A stretch of 64,000 nucleotides of DNA from Monocercomonoides exilis PA203 (Eukaryota > Protista > Preaxostyla). The notes below the pieces were generated by a model. It was not told where the DNA came from and made no database searches. It saw only the letters and a list, made by a program, of their open reading frames with translations. Position 1 is the first letter of the stretch. Every line of letters starts with the position of its first letter. Location: positions 372,001-436,000 of the forward strand of contig LSRY02000014.1 in NCBI GenBank assembly GCA_001643675.2. Direction: 5' to 3'. Made by a program: the position numbers and the translations under genes. Positions 48,265-59,000 of this stretch are shown one piece after another.

Positions 48265-51200
48265 TCACCTCTTCACATAAATAACGCTATCTTTTATTTT
48301 TTCGAAATAATCACACAGATCCATCAGTTCCTCCTCAGACGTGATCAGAAAACAGAACATCATTGATGGGTCGAGTGAAGAGAAAGGCATATGAAGCACA
48401 CGACGAGGGTAGAAAGAGGACAGAGAAGGAGAAGAAGAAAGAGGCTCTGACAGCAGCGTGGACAATGAATGAGACATTGATAAAGGAAAAGGAAAAGAAA
48501 GAGAGCGAGGAGAAGAGGAGGAAGAGGAAGGATTGGACAAGTTGGAAATGACATGTGTCGAAGAAGCAGAAGAGTTAAATGGAGAAGAAGAAGAATGAGA
48601 AGAAGATTCTTTCTTTTCGGTAGTTCCGAAGGGAGAATTGATATAATCAATAGAGAAAGGCACGGGAGGAGGCGGAGAAGGAGAATTCCGAGTATCCGAA
48701 GCATAACTGTTCAGCTGATTAGAAGAAGAAGAAGAAGAAGAAAAGGAAGAAAAGGAATTTGAAGTGGAAGAAGGAAAAATTTGGGTGCATTGCAATTGAT
48801 TAGGAGGAGGAGTCATCGAATAATCAGATTGAAAAGATGTAGAAGGCTGAAGAGGTTGAAGAACATTCAGAGAAGAAAGAGGAGGAAGAGAAGGAAGAGG
48901 AAGGGGCAAAGGAGGAGGAGGTGGTGGCGGAAGAAGAGGCATATGAGAAGGAGAAGGAGAGGAAGAATGAGGAAGTGCAGAAGAGCGGAGAAATGAAGTG
49001 GAAGAGGAAGAAGAAGAGGAAGGGGAAGAAGAAGAGGATGAAATGGAAGAAGTGAGTGGAGAAGATGCATGTTGTGTGGATGGAGAGGAGAAAAGAGAGA
49101 AAGTATGGTTTGCTGAAGTGGGAAGAGAAAAAGAAGAAGAAGAAAATGACGATGAATGAGAAGACAAGGCTGAGGTCAGCATTGGCTGAGGAGGAGGTGG
49201 CTGAGGTCTCGAAATTGCCTGGCAAGAGGAAGAATTTGAGAAAGAGGCAGAAAAAAGAGGAGAAGAAGGGGAATCAGGCGAAGGGCTTGTACGAGACTCA
49301 AACAGAGTTTCTGGATTGGACATCCACGAAGGAGAACGGGGTTGGTATGACAAGGATGATTTGGAAGAGGAAGAGGAAGAGGAAGAGGAAGACGAGGAGG
49401 AGGAAGGAAAAGGCGAAGAAGAAGAAGAAGAAGAAGAAGAAGAAGAAGAAGAAGGAAAAGGAGAATGATAATCAACTGATGATGGTATTGGAGACTTAGC
49501 TGTTTGTGGAGTATTAGAGAAAGAAAGAGGTTGAGATGTATTCATTGAATCAGATGAATGAGAGACGGAATTTCTTGGAGTGGTCGAATGATTCAGAGAA
49601 GAGGAAATGGCTGACTCGAGTGCTTTTGTGCTGAATGGCTGGACAAAAGAATTCTGAATAGACACATTTTGAGAGGAGCTGCATTCAATCAGAGGTTGAG
49701 GGGGAAAGCAAGCTGAGTAACAGCTTTGATTGGATAGACGAGATTCTTCTATTCTCTTTGCTGGCATCAGACTTGCACTCAGTTTAGTCGCATCTGAATG
49801 GTTCAGCTGAAATCCATCTTTATTGCTCATTTTCTTCTTGATAACTCCTTCTCCATTTCTTTCTCTTTCTCTTTCTCTTTCTCTTTCTCTTTCTCTTTCT
49901 CTTTCTCTTTCTCTTTCTCTCTCCTTCTCCTTCTCCTTCTCTTTCCCCTTCCTCCCCTCTTCGTTCCTACCCCACCTAACCTCCGCACACTTCTGTGTTG
50001 TGTGTGGATCCAAATAATACACCTCGTCTCCTTTCCACCCAACAAACCAGAAAGAGGAACGAGGTTTCCCACCCACAATGCCAACAGAGGAAGGGAAAGA
50101 AAGGGCTGCTTTGATCTGCGGAATGTACTCTTCAGTGATGCGACTGAGCCCCAGACGCACTGGAATCAGCAGAAGAACTGGGGGGAAGGGAGAAGGGAAG
50201 ATGTATGAGTGAGAAGAAGAAGAGGAGGATGAGGATGATGATGATGATGATGAAGGAGAGGAGGAAGACGTTGGATGAGGAAGGGTTGGAGTTTTAGAGA
50301 GAGGTTGGGTTGATGTTTTTGAATGGAATGGAACAGACTCATGTGCTTGCAATGGATCAGGGTTCAAATGATTTGAGAGGCAATTTGCGCTCTTCTGTTG
50401 GGAAGAAGACGGACAGCCAACTTCACATGAAATTCCTGTTTTATTTGTTCGCTTCGATTTTGCTGACTTTATTCGTTTTTTCTTTGATTTCGAAGAAGAA
50501 GAAGAAGAAGAAGAAGAAGAAGAAGAAGAAGAAGAAGAAGAAGAAGCTGATGATTTTGGAGAATTGTTTCTTTTTGCTGACAGTTTTGAGCTGAAAAGAT
50601 TGGACAGCCTGTTTATTCTATGTGTGTCTTTCTCAGAGACAGTTCTGATGTTAATTGCCTTCGATGCAAAAGAAGAAGAAGAAGAAGAAGAAGAAGAAGA
50701 AGAAGAAAGAGAAGCAACAGCAGAAGAAGAAATTGCTGATGAAGAAAAAGTTTCATTTGAAGAAATATTCGAAGCAGCAGGAGAGACAGCTAAAGAAGAT
50801 GGCTGAATGTCAGATGACAGGGCAAATCTTGCATCGTCTGAAGAAGCCAGAGAAGGGGCAGCAACACCAGCTGAGGGCAAATAGGAGAAGGAGCGGTGGC
50901 TGAAGGAGTTGTGGAGGGAAAGCGGGATGAAAGGAAGAAGCGAAGAAAGCGGAAGGACGGGCGGAGATGAGAAGCAGAGGCATTTTGTGGGAGGCTGAGA
51001 AAGCGCAGGAAAACTGGGCAGATTGTGAAGAGTGTTTAGAGAAGAAGAAGAAGAAGAAGAAGAGGCAGAAATCTTCCAGTTGATAGGAGAACAGGAAGTT
51101 GCAATGGAATTTGACTGATTTGTCAGAAATAGATCAGACTGATATGATTGAAGAGGGGTTGGAATGTCTTTGTCAGCAGCATCAGAAAAGCTGTTGATTG

Positions 51201-53478
51201 AGCTGTCTTCCTTGACCAAGTTAAAACTTCTTGTTCTTTCATTGTTTGTTGAATTAATCTTAAATCTTCTGTTTCTTTCTGAAGAAACACTATTCAACTG
51301 ATCTTCATCATTCACTCCCTCTGAACATTCGTAAAAGTCTCTTCCTAATTCATCTTCATCTTCGTCTTCTTCACATTCTTCTTCATCCCCTTTCACACCC
51401 TCCTCCTCAGACTCTTCCTCTTCCTCATCCGTTCTGCTTGCATTGCAATAGAAATCTTCCTCATTCGCTTCAATCACTTCTGCCCCTTCGAATTCATCAT
51501 CCAGCTCTTCAAATTCCTCATCGAGAGCATCACAACACTTCGTCTTCTTCTCCGTCATTGGTTGTATCCCTCCTTTCTTTTTGTCTGTTTTTACTTTTCC
51601 TTCTCTTTCACTTACACCACTCGCATTATTAATACCTGATTTCTTCTCTGTTTTTTCGCCATCTCTTCTCTTTTTGTACATTTCAGTCAAATCCAACTCT
51701 CCACTCGTCAGTGCATTCAACATGATGCTGTTTGCCATGTCTACCTCAAAGTCTGGTATAGTCACCAAATCATACTCATCTTCTTCATCCACCTTGTCTG
51801 CGACTGTCTTGTCATTTTCTTCTTCTTCATCATCGTCTTCATCCTCCTCATCTTCATCATCTTCTTCTTCCTCCCCTTCCTCACTTTCTTCTCCTTCTTC
51901 ATTGGATTCTTCGTATTCTTCGCCCTCTTCTCCTTCCTCTCCTTCACCTTCCTCTTCCTCCTCTTCCTCCTCGACTTCTCCCTCTTCCCCCTCTTCATCT
52001 TCATATTCGCTCTCTTCTTCACTCTCGTCATTGCCATCCTTTTTCTCAAGCACATCATTTTGCTGCACAACAACTTTCACATTTTCAAATGGAGTGTTCG
52101 CCAGCCTGCTTTGTGACTGAGCAGATGCCATTGAATTTGACTTTTCCGAAAGAATTCCATTTTCCAATCCCTTTTTCGTTGATATGCAAACATCCAATTC
52201 TGCTTGACTGGCATTTGCGTCTTTTTCTTTCTTGTAGCAGATGCACTTGTATTCTTCTTCTGCATCGTCGTCATCACTCAGAATCAGAACACCATCGTCT
52301 GTTTCATCTCCTTCTCCACAGCTTTCTTCTGAACTGATATCCGCTTTCTGTGATTGAAGCAAAATACCCAAGCCGAGCTTTGCTACTGGTGTGTCCTGTT
52401 TTTGAATAAAACTAGCAGAAAACTGCGAAGAGGCAGAACTCGAGACTTGAGAAAAAGGGCAATTCGGAGGAGATGCAGGATGCTTAAATGAAGGGAATGA
52501 CAGTTTGCGCTTTTCATTCAGCGAGAAACGGCGAGATTTCTCTGAAGAAGGCAAGTTTGATGTTTCTGTTGATTGACTACGCGCTGTCTGAATCACTTCA
52601 CTTTCACATAATTTTGTAGCTATCTTTGGAATTATTGTTTGCTTACTATACTCTTTCCAATGAATGATGCGGAAAGGCGAAGGATAAAATGGATAGAATT
52701 CATTTTCTGACGAATGCGAAGAAGTTTCGGCCAGTGCAACCAAACAGAACACCTTCCTCCTGTTCTTAGGATTATGCGTGGAAGAAACAATGTCATAATG
52801 GCTTACAACACAGCTATAATGTGAATAGTATGACGAAAGTGTTTCCATCAATCCTTCTTCAGTGACTTTTGGAAAGGCTAATAAACTCTTGCTTTTGTTA
52901 CGCAATTCTGATTCACGTTTGATTTTTTGTGCAAGCGCTCTGAGACAAATGATTGAATTTCTGCAAGGTACCACAATTGGCAATGAACGGTGATGATGGT
53001 GATTGACCAAACGTTCGACAATTATAGAACTTTCTGCAGGAGATAACCATGATCCAATTTTCTTTTTAAGTTTTTCACCTGCCATGGAAATGTTGTGAAT
53101 TGAAAATGGAGCATTTGGATCATCAAGAAAAAGTGGGACAATTTCTTGGTCCAAAATGGTATTCTCCTTTTCAGAACTTATTCCTCTTTGAATGACCGCA
53201 ATGCGCTTTATAGTTTCTGCGAGCATCATCTGAGTTGTGCGATGAACGCAACCCCATCCTCGATCAGAAGTTTTCTTTGTTTGTCCAATAGATTGAAAAT
53301 TTTTTCGATAAGTAAATTGAAGAAGAGACTTATATAGCCCAGAAAAATGCTGCATAGGATCAGGGCAACTGATATAAGTTTTTGTGATTGTTGGTTCATC
53401 CGAATTAACGAGAACTCGTCCATTAAACCAAATTGCTGTTTGCATGCGAAAAATAATTTTGTAAAAAGCAAACACCAA
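48265..53478 (-). CDS. ATG4: Autophagy cysteine protease Atg4 (peptidase C54) with very large low-complexity insertions; exact start uncertain
   Basis: 'FTYRKNF', 'SDRGWGCVHRTTQMMLAE' (catalytic Cys, 53248-53250), 'PFSIHNI', 'IGSWLSP', 'LLLIPVRLG', 'SVGIVGGKPRSSFWFVG...YYLDPHTTQ' (Asp/His near 50010), 'SLDPSMMFCF'. Confidence 0.9.
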   Translation of the reverse strand: MVFAFYKIIFRMQTAIWFNGRVLVNSDEPTITKTYISCPDPMQHFSGLYKSLLQFTYRKNFQSIGQTKKTSDRGWGCVHRTTQMMLAETIKRIAVIQRGISSEKENTILDQEIVPLFLDDPNAPFSIHNISMAGEKLKKKIGSWLSPAESSIIVERLVNHHHHRSLPIVVPCRNSIICLRALAQKIKRESELRNKSKSLLAFPKVTEEGLMETLSSYYSHYSCVVSHYDIVSSTHNPKNRRKVFCLVALAETSSHSSENEFYPFYPSPFRIIHWKEYSKQTIIPKIATKLCESEVIQTARSQSTETSNLPSSEKSRRFSLNEKRKLSFPSFKHPASPPNCPFSQVSSSASSQFSASFIQKQDTPVAKLGLGILLQSQKADISSEESCGEGDETDDGVLILSDDDDAEEEYKCICYKKEKDANASQAELDVCISTKKGLENGILSEKSNSMASAQSQSRLANTPFENVKVVVQQNDVLEKKDGNDESEEESEYEDEEGEEGEVEEEEEEEEGEGEEGEEGEEYEESNEEGEESEEGEEEEDDEDEEDEDDDEEEENDKTVADKVDEEDEYDLVTIPDFEVDMANSIMLNALTSGELDLTEMYKKRRDGEKTEKKSGINNASGVSEREGKVKTDKKKGGIQPMTEKKTKCCDALDEEFEELDDEFEGAEVIEANEEDFYCNASRTDEEEEESEEEGVKGDEEECEEDEDEDELGRDFYECSEGVNDEDQLNSVSSERNRRFKINSTNNERTRSFNLVKEDSSINSFSDAADKDIPTPLQSYQSDLFLTNQSNSIATSCSPINWKISASSSSSSSSLNTLHNLPSFPALSQPPTKCLCFSSPPVLPLSSLLPFIPLSLHNSFSHRSFSYLPSAGVAAPSLASSDDARFALSSDIQPSSLAVSPAASNISSNETFSSSAISSSAVASLSSSSSSSSSSSSFASKAINIRTVSEKDTHRINRLSNLFSSKLSAKRNNSPKSSASSSSSSSSSSSSSSSSSSKSKKKRIKSAKSKRTNKTGISCEVGCPSSSQQKSANCLSNHLNPDPLQAHESVPFHSKTSTQPLSKTPTLPHPTSSSSPSSSSSSSSSSSSSSHSYIFPSPFPPVLLLIPVRLGLSRITEEYIPQIKAALSFPSSVGIVGGKPRSSFWFVGWKGDEVYYLDPHTTQKCAEVRWGRNEEGRKGKEKEKEKERERERERERERERERERERERNGEGVIKKKMSNKDGFQLNHSDATKLSASLMPAKRIEESRLSNQSCYSACFPPQPLIECSSSQNVSIQNSFVQPFSTKALESAISSSLNHSTTPRNSVSHSSDSMNTSQPLSFSNTPQTAKSPIPSSVDYHSPFPSSSSSSSSSSSSSPFPSSSSSSSSSSSSSSKSSLSYQPRSPSWMSNPETLFESRTSPSPDSPSSPLFSASFSNSSSCQAISRPQPPPPQPMLTSALSSHSSSFSSSSFSLPTSANHTFSLFSSPSTQHASSPLTSSISSSSSSPSSSSSSSTSFLRSSALPHSSSPSPSHMPLLPPPPPPPLPLPLPSLPPLSSLNVLQPLQPSTSFQSDYSMTPPPNQLQCTQIFPSSTSNSFSSFSSSSSSSNQLNSYASDTRNSPSPPPPVPFSIDYINSPFGTTEKKESSSHSSSSPFNSSASSTHVISNLSNPSSSSSSPRSLSFPFPLSMSHSLSTLLSEPLSSSPSLSSFYPRRVLHMPFSSLDPSMMFCFLITSEEELMDLCDYFEKIKDSVIYVKR
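49857..49920. repeat. (TTTCTC)n hexamer microsatellite encoding (ER)n in Atg4
   Basis: Tandem repeat read directly; translates as ERERERER on the minus strand. Confidence 0.9.
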
Positions 53479-53830
53479 AATGCAATTTTATGTTTCTCGC
53501 AAATTCTGAATGTACAAAGCCAGAAGAAATAAATAAGTTATGAAATATGAAAATAAAAGAAATATGGTTGAGAAATATTTTTCTTTTCTTTAATCTTTGC
53601 ATTACTGTTTCACTACTTATTCTGAATAGAAATAAAATTTATATTTTATACTGAACAAAAAATATAGAATAAAATTGAACATATAAAAATATTTTAAAAA
53701 TTATAAGAATTAGAACTTTATAATAAAAATGCATGAACAAAAAGTGAAACAGATGTATTAAAATCAAACAACACAAAAACAGCAAATCAAAGTTTGAAAA
53801 GATTTACCATTCAAGGGTTTCAAAAGAGAT

Positions 53831-55816
53831 TCAAACAGCATTATTCGATTCTTTTGAATTGTTTTCAACGGAATTAGATGTCTTTATATGTGAAAGTTGA
53901 GATGACAAAGAAGATCCTTTTTCTGCTTCTTCATTAGTTATTTCTCCAATGCTACCTTTCTTTTCTTCATCATTATTTTCTTTCCTTTCATTTTCAATGA
54001 TTTCTTTTTCATGTTCATTGACTTCACTTGACTCAGTTCTCATCACTTCTTTGGAAACATCATCCTCATTTTTCTCTTCCTCTTTTTCTCTCTTATCAGA
54101 TGCTTCTGCATTATTTTCTTCTGTTTTATCTTCATTCTCCATCTCATTCTGTTGTTCACCACTTCCACTCTCTTGGCTCTTATCCTCTTCGCTTTCCACT
54201 TCCTGTGAATATGCTCTTCTCCTTCGTCTCGGCTGTGCCGATTTGTCCTTTTTGAACTTTGGAAGAGTGCATGTGTCATGCACAATTCCTGTAAAGTCTA
54301 TTTTCTTCGGAGAGATAAGCATCACAAGAGCAATGCCAGCCACCAGAGCAGCCAAGCACGAGCAGCAGCACCATTTGCAACCAGGACACGGGGCAACAGC
54401 TGCACATGTCACACGCGAAAGAGGGTTGTTTCTGAATGACGAAGGAGAAGACGACGAATCCACAAGTGGGAAGGCTACAGAAAGAGATGGGCGAAGAGAC
54501 ATCGAAGACGGATCAGCAAATGTAGTGATGTACGAAGGCACAGCTTGGCTGCTTGAGGAAAGTGCAACATCTCCTTCAAACTGGGTGGAAATTGAGGAAG
54601 AAGAAGCAGACAATGAGGAGAGCTGAGACGGCGGAACGATTCCTTCGACAAACGATGGACTGAAGTGAAATGAAAGACCGCTCCACTTTCCATCTGCACC
54701 CTCAGACTCTTCCAAAGCTGAATCCTTTGCGCTATTTGCTGTCTGAGCTTTCTTCATCTTCTCCATCTTTTCCTTCCGCCTCTTGCTTTGGACGTGCTGA
54801 TCGTGCACTCTGTCGAAATCCGGTCTAAACGCAACAGGAAACGACCCGCTTGCGTCTGTCAGCACAGGAAACTCTTGAACAGCAACAGAAGCGGACTCAG
54901 ATGAAATGACTGAATTGGCAGCATTTTTAGCGCTGGCGCTTCCGGCATCGCCTGCTGCTCCTTCTTCCAGCAACCCCTTTTCTTTCAGCTTCTCTTCGAT
55001 AACGCTGCTTCCTCCTTCCTCAACAGTCTTTGGCTTGTACTTCATCATCGACGCAAAGTAGCAACCGCTAAATGCTCCAGCAATCAACAAGCTGAGAAGA
55101 AGAAGCATCACAACTCCATTTTTCTGTGTGACCACGCCCTTCAGTGAAGGATCATCGGTGCATGCTCTCACGACAAGCGTAAAACATATAATAAGGCAAA
55201 ATGCTGCGACCAGTGAATCAATTGCTGTAAGGCCGTGAATGGTCCATCCGAGATATCCGCCTGATCCAATCATAATTACAGCCAAAATCTTATTTAGCCA
55301 ATGGAAGAATTTTGATGTCTTTTTTTGAATGGCTTGAAGCACTCCTTGCCCAAATAGCGTAAACAGTATCGCAGGCGCTATCATACCGAGAGCAAATAAA
55401 ATCATCTGTATAATTAATTCTGGACCATGAAACATTGTAACAAGAATTCCAAGATACGGAATTGTGCAAGGATTAAATGTGACCAGCAAAGAGAAAGCAA
55501 TTCCAAGGCAAAATGTATTTTTAAATAAAGGTAAAGTCATTGGAGACATTTTACCAATGAGTGACTGAAAGCCCATGGTAATGAATAATAATCCAAGTCC
55601 AAGTCTAAAGCCATTACTGAAGCTGGAATTCAAAAGCTGCTGCAAGAAAAATGACATGACAACAAAAGTTGTTAAAAACCCAAGGACTAGAAAGAAGATG
55701 CTCATAAAATTACGTTTGCCTTTTTCCAAAAATCTCACCATTAAAAGAGGAATAAGAATGATAACACATGGAGACAGTGCAGCGGAGACTCCTGCAGGAA
55801 ACGCAAACAAAAACAT
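53831..55816 (-). CDS. ccdA: CcdA/DsbD-beta family transmembrane thiol-disulfide electron carrier with C-terminal extension
   Basis: 'AFPAGVSAALSPC17VIILIP', 'FLVLGFLTTFVVM', 'LGIAFSLLVTFNPC117TIPYLGIL', 'LFALGMIAPAILF', 'LNKILAVIMIGSG' reproduce the CcdA TM1-TM6 pattern with both Pro-Cys redox motifs intact. Confidence 0.8.
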   Translation of the reverse strand: MFLFAFPAGVSAALSPCVIILIPLLMVRFLEKGKRNFMSIFFLVLGFLTTFVVMSFFLQQLLNSSFSNGFRLGLGLLFITMGFQSLIGKMSPMTLPLFKNTFCLGIAFSLLVTFNPCTIPYLGILVTMFHGPELIIQMILFALGMIAPAILFTLFGQGVLQAIQKKTSKFFHWLNKILAVIMIGSGGYLGWTIHGLTAIDSLVAAFCLIICFTLVVRACTDDPSLKGVVTQKNGVVMLLLLSLLIAGAFSGCYFASMMKYKPKTVEEGGSSVIEEKLKEKGLLEEGAAGDAGSASAKNAANSVISSESASVAVQEFPVLTDASGSFPVAFRPDFDRVHDQHVQSKRRKEKMEKMKKAQTANSAKDSALEESEGADGKWSGLSFHFSPSFVEGIVPPSQLSSLSASSSSISTQFEGDVALSSSSQAVPSYITTFADPSSMSLRPSLSVAFPLVDSSSSPSSFRNNPLSRVTCAAVAPCPGCKWCCCSCLAALVAGIALVMLISPKKIDFTGIVHDTCTLPKFKKDKSAQPRRRRRAYSQEVESEEDKSQESGSGEQQNEMENEDKTEENNAEASDKREKEEEKNEDDVSKEVMRTESSEVNEHEKEIIENERKENNDEEKKGSIGEITNEEAEKGSSLSSQLSHIKTSNSVENNSKESNNAV

Positions 55817-56088
55817 TTCACAATAAAAATATTATCGAGTCGATTATTGAAATGTCTCTTTGCGAATGTGCCTTTTGCGAATAAATTCCAAGCTTCGTAT
55901 TAAATCAAGGACTGAAGATGGCAATTTAGAAATCTTTCTTTAATATTCAATCAAAAATATTTATAACTTAAATAGAGAAAATTTCAGATGTCTCATCCTT
56001 CTTTATTGATTCAGAATAAAAATCTCAAAAACATGTTTTAATCAATCAAAATTGTGGTTAGATCACTATTGAAAAAAGATTCAATTAA
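55817..56088. promoter_or_regulatory. Putative bidirectional promoter between the divergent ccdA-like and nucleoporin-like genes
   Basis: Only 272 bp of AT-rich DNA separates the two head-to-head ATGs; no specific motif identified. Confidence 0.4.
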
Positions 56089-59000
56089 ATGATGTCCAGT
56101 GCTTTAAATGCGCCACAAAGTTTTTATAATTTACAGGATTCTATTCAATTTGTTCTAGGAAGAGAATTAATTGTATGCTTCATTTTTTTAACAACGAAAC
56201 TAATTGCCAATTTATTCTTTTCTCAGCTGTATGATAACACTGAAACATTACGCAAAACTACTTCCTCTTCTTTAACAGCATATTCACAAAAGCATAAAGT
56301 TGTTATTGTCGGAGGATCAACAAATCTTTCCATCATTAGAACTCCATTTCTTCATTATCTTGCTCGTGATGGTATTTACAAAAAAGATACAAAACCAAAA
56401 ATTCCAAGCGAAGTGCTTCAGCAAATGAAAGAGCAGAAAGAAGCATTTTGCGAGAATTTTTTCATGAATATAAATCTTCCTTTTGAAATCACAAGTCTTG
56501 ATCTTTTACCAGATGAAACTGGAATTGCAATATCAACTTTCAGAGCTTCTGCTGATAATAATAGCGATTTACCATCTGCAATCTATGTAATTTCTTTTGA
56601 ATTTTTGAATGAAGTTGCACAGAGCAAAGATAACCAAGAAGAATTGTTTTTTAAACATGCGACTTTGTTGCATTCAGGGAAAAGTCAAATTCAAAAAATT
56701 GCATTTGCCCTTAAAAACAAGGATCCAACTTCCTCAGGCTGCTTACATTTTGCACTTTTTGCGCTTTCAAGAGATGGATCTTTGAATATTATTACATCAC
56801 CAACAAAGAGTAAACTCATTGACAGCTGTCGTATCACTGATTTTTGCGTTAGAAAACCAACTGAAACGTGTCAAGATTGTTTGTATTATTTAATTGTGTT
56901 ATTTAAACATTTTGATATATATTTTCAATTCAGCATTTTCAACATTATTTGTTACAGCAGTTGATCTTATTTCGATATACTCCATTAGATGGAGTAACAC
57001 AGAGGGATTATTCACATATTACCCATTGATTAAATGTCCAGGGCCTTTTAATGGTACGGATGCATTTTGTTATTTTTATAATCTAAGTTTCAACATCCAT
57101 TTCATACTTTCAATTATATTTGAATACAAAATATTTCATTGATATTCAGTGGATGCTCAACCGCCTCTGAAGTCAACAGCCGATGTTGATTTTGTTCCGA
57201 TGTCTTGTCATTTCGTTGAGAACAGATACCTCCACATAAAACAGCCGACAACGCATCCTTTGTTTCCTCAATTTTCTAAAACAACTTCTTCATCAAGCAT
57301 ACCACAACCTCAGAAAATAGACGAAGAAGGCACAGAAGTTGGCGGCTATCTTGTTGTGAGTTTTGCGCCTCTTCCAAAGGAAAATCCTGCATCTTCTTCT
57401 TCGTCTTCTTCATCTGCTCAGTCATCTGATTCAGAGCTGTCTTATATGTTCGACAATCGCCGCATGAAAAACATCATGAATCATCAGTCGCACTCATTTG
57501 TGGCATTTGCTGTTCCAACATTTGCACTTAACGAGCTGAACCTTCGATCTATCGACTTTCAGCAGACATGTGGCCAGCCAAAAGCAGATGTTGTTAACAG
57601 CTGCTTGTTCTATCCACTTCCATCTTTTAATGTGAAATATCCGCTTTATCCAAATGATGAGAGGGCAAACGAAGACGTGATCAATGCCAGAACCTGTTTC
57701 TGCGATTTCCCCGCGATGAATCTGCTGTTTGCTGCTCCGACACGGTCGGCTGTGGTGTCTGCATTCACCCTGACACCCAAAGACCCCTGTGAGATTATGA
57801 AACACCGCAGACAAGAGAAGACCGTTTGCACGCCTATCTCTTCTGCACAATCACAGTCGCCAATCTCATTCCTCTCCTCCACTTCGGATGTTCCAATTGT
57901 GCCAATGTCTTCAGACAGCTCTCCTCTGCAGCTGCTGGAGCAGACGCAGGAGTCGACTGAGGCGCATCTGCCGATGCTCGACTTCGACGAGACACACTGC
58001 ACAGGAATGGCACTCATCGACGACTCCAGCCTGAAGCTGACTGATTATGTGCTCCCGGCTAACAGGAAGGAGGTGTCTCCAACACTTTCGCTTGATTCAG
58101 CATCGTCTTCTGCGTTGGGTCAAGTGAAACAAGGCTCACTTGACAGCAGCGTTGTTCAGGCAATGAAGGAGTACGGCGAAGATTCCGGGTGTGCTCTGAA
58201 AGGAGATGCAGTTATCTCTTCGACCACAGATTTGAGCTCTTTCATCTCATCAGATAGTAATTCTTCCAATTCTTCATTTATGTCTTCTCCTTCCAGCATC
58301 AACTTTCCCAACAAAGCCAACGAAGGAGCAGGCCATTTAATTGGCCCAGTCAATGCGAAGTCAACTTTCCTAGTCCGCTTCCACCAGAAATGTGACGATG
58401 AATGCCCGCTGCTTGTTTGTGCGACAGCTGACGGGAGGCTGCTTGTGTATGCAGTTGTCTGCTATTCTCTTCCGATTTGCATGCCCTCTTCACTTCTGAA
58501 GGAGCGTCGCTCAATCATCAGACCATATGTCTTCACTAATGACGATGCAAAACATCCTTTTGAAAATGTGAAGAGCAAATACTTGGCAGATGATGATACA
58601 GACACATCTCTTACAGACTCTTCATCTGCTTCTGCTTCTCCTTCTGCTTCTTCTTCCACTTCATCTACTCCTTCAAACACAACCATTACACCTTCATCAA
58701 AACCTGCAGAATCTTCTTCATTGTTTTCGAGTGTTCCAACAGCCGATCAGAATGAAAAGCTTGTTTTTCCTGCTGCTCCTTCCTCTGCTCCATCATCTTC
58801 ACCATTTGCTTTCACTCCTTCCACTTCTGTTTTTTCTAACCCATCTCTCAACAGTTTTCCTGCGTCAAGTCAAAATCCTTTTGCTCCTTCAACACAAAAT
58901 ACGAATATTCAGCCAGCCAATCCTTCATTTCCATTGAATTCCACATCAAACAGCCAGAACTCATCGTTGCAATCAGCTTTCCCTTCACTCAGCATCAATC

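Noticed and set aside
53831-55816. ccdA as bacterial contamination
   Set aside because: It is contiguous with eukaryotic genes and carries the host-typical Ser-rich and acidic expansions; assembly chimerism was not formally tested.
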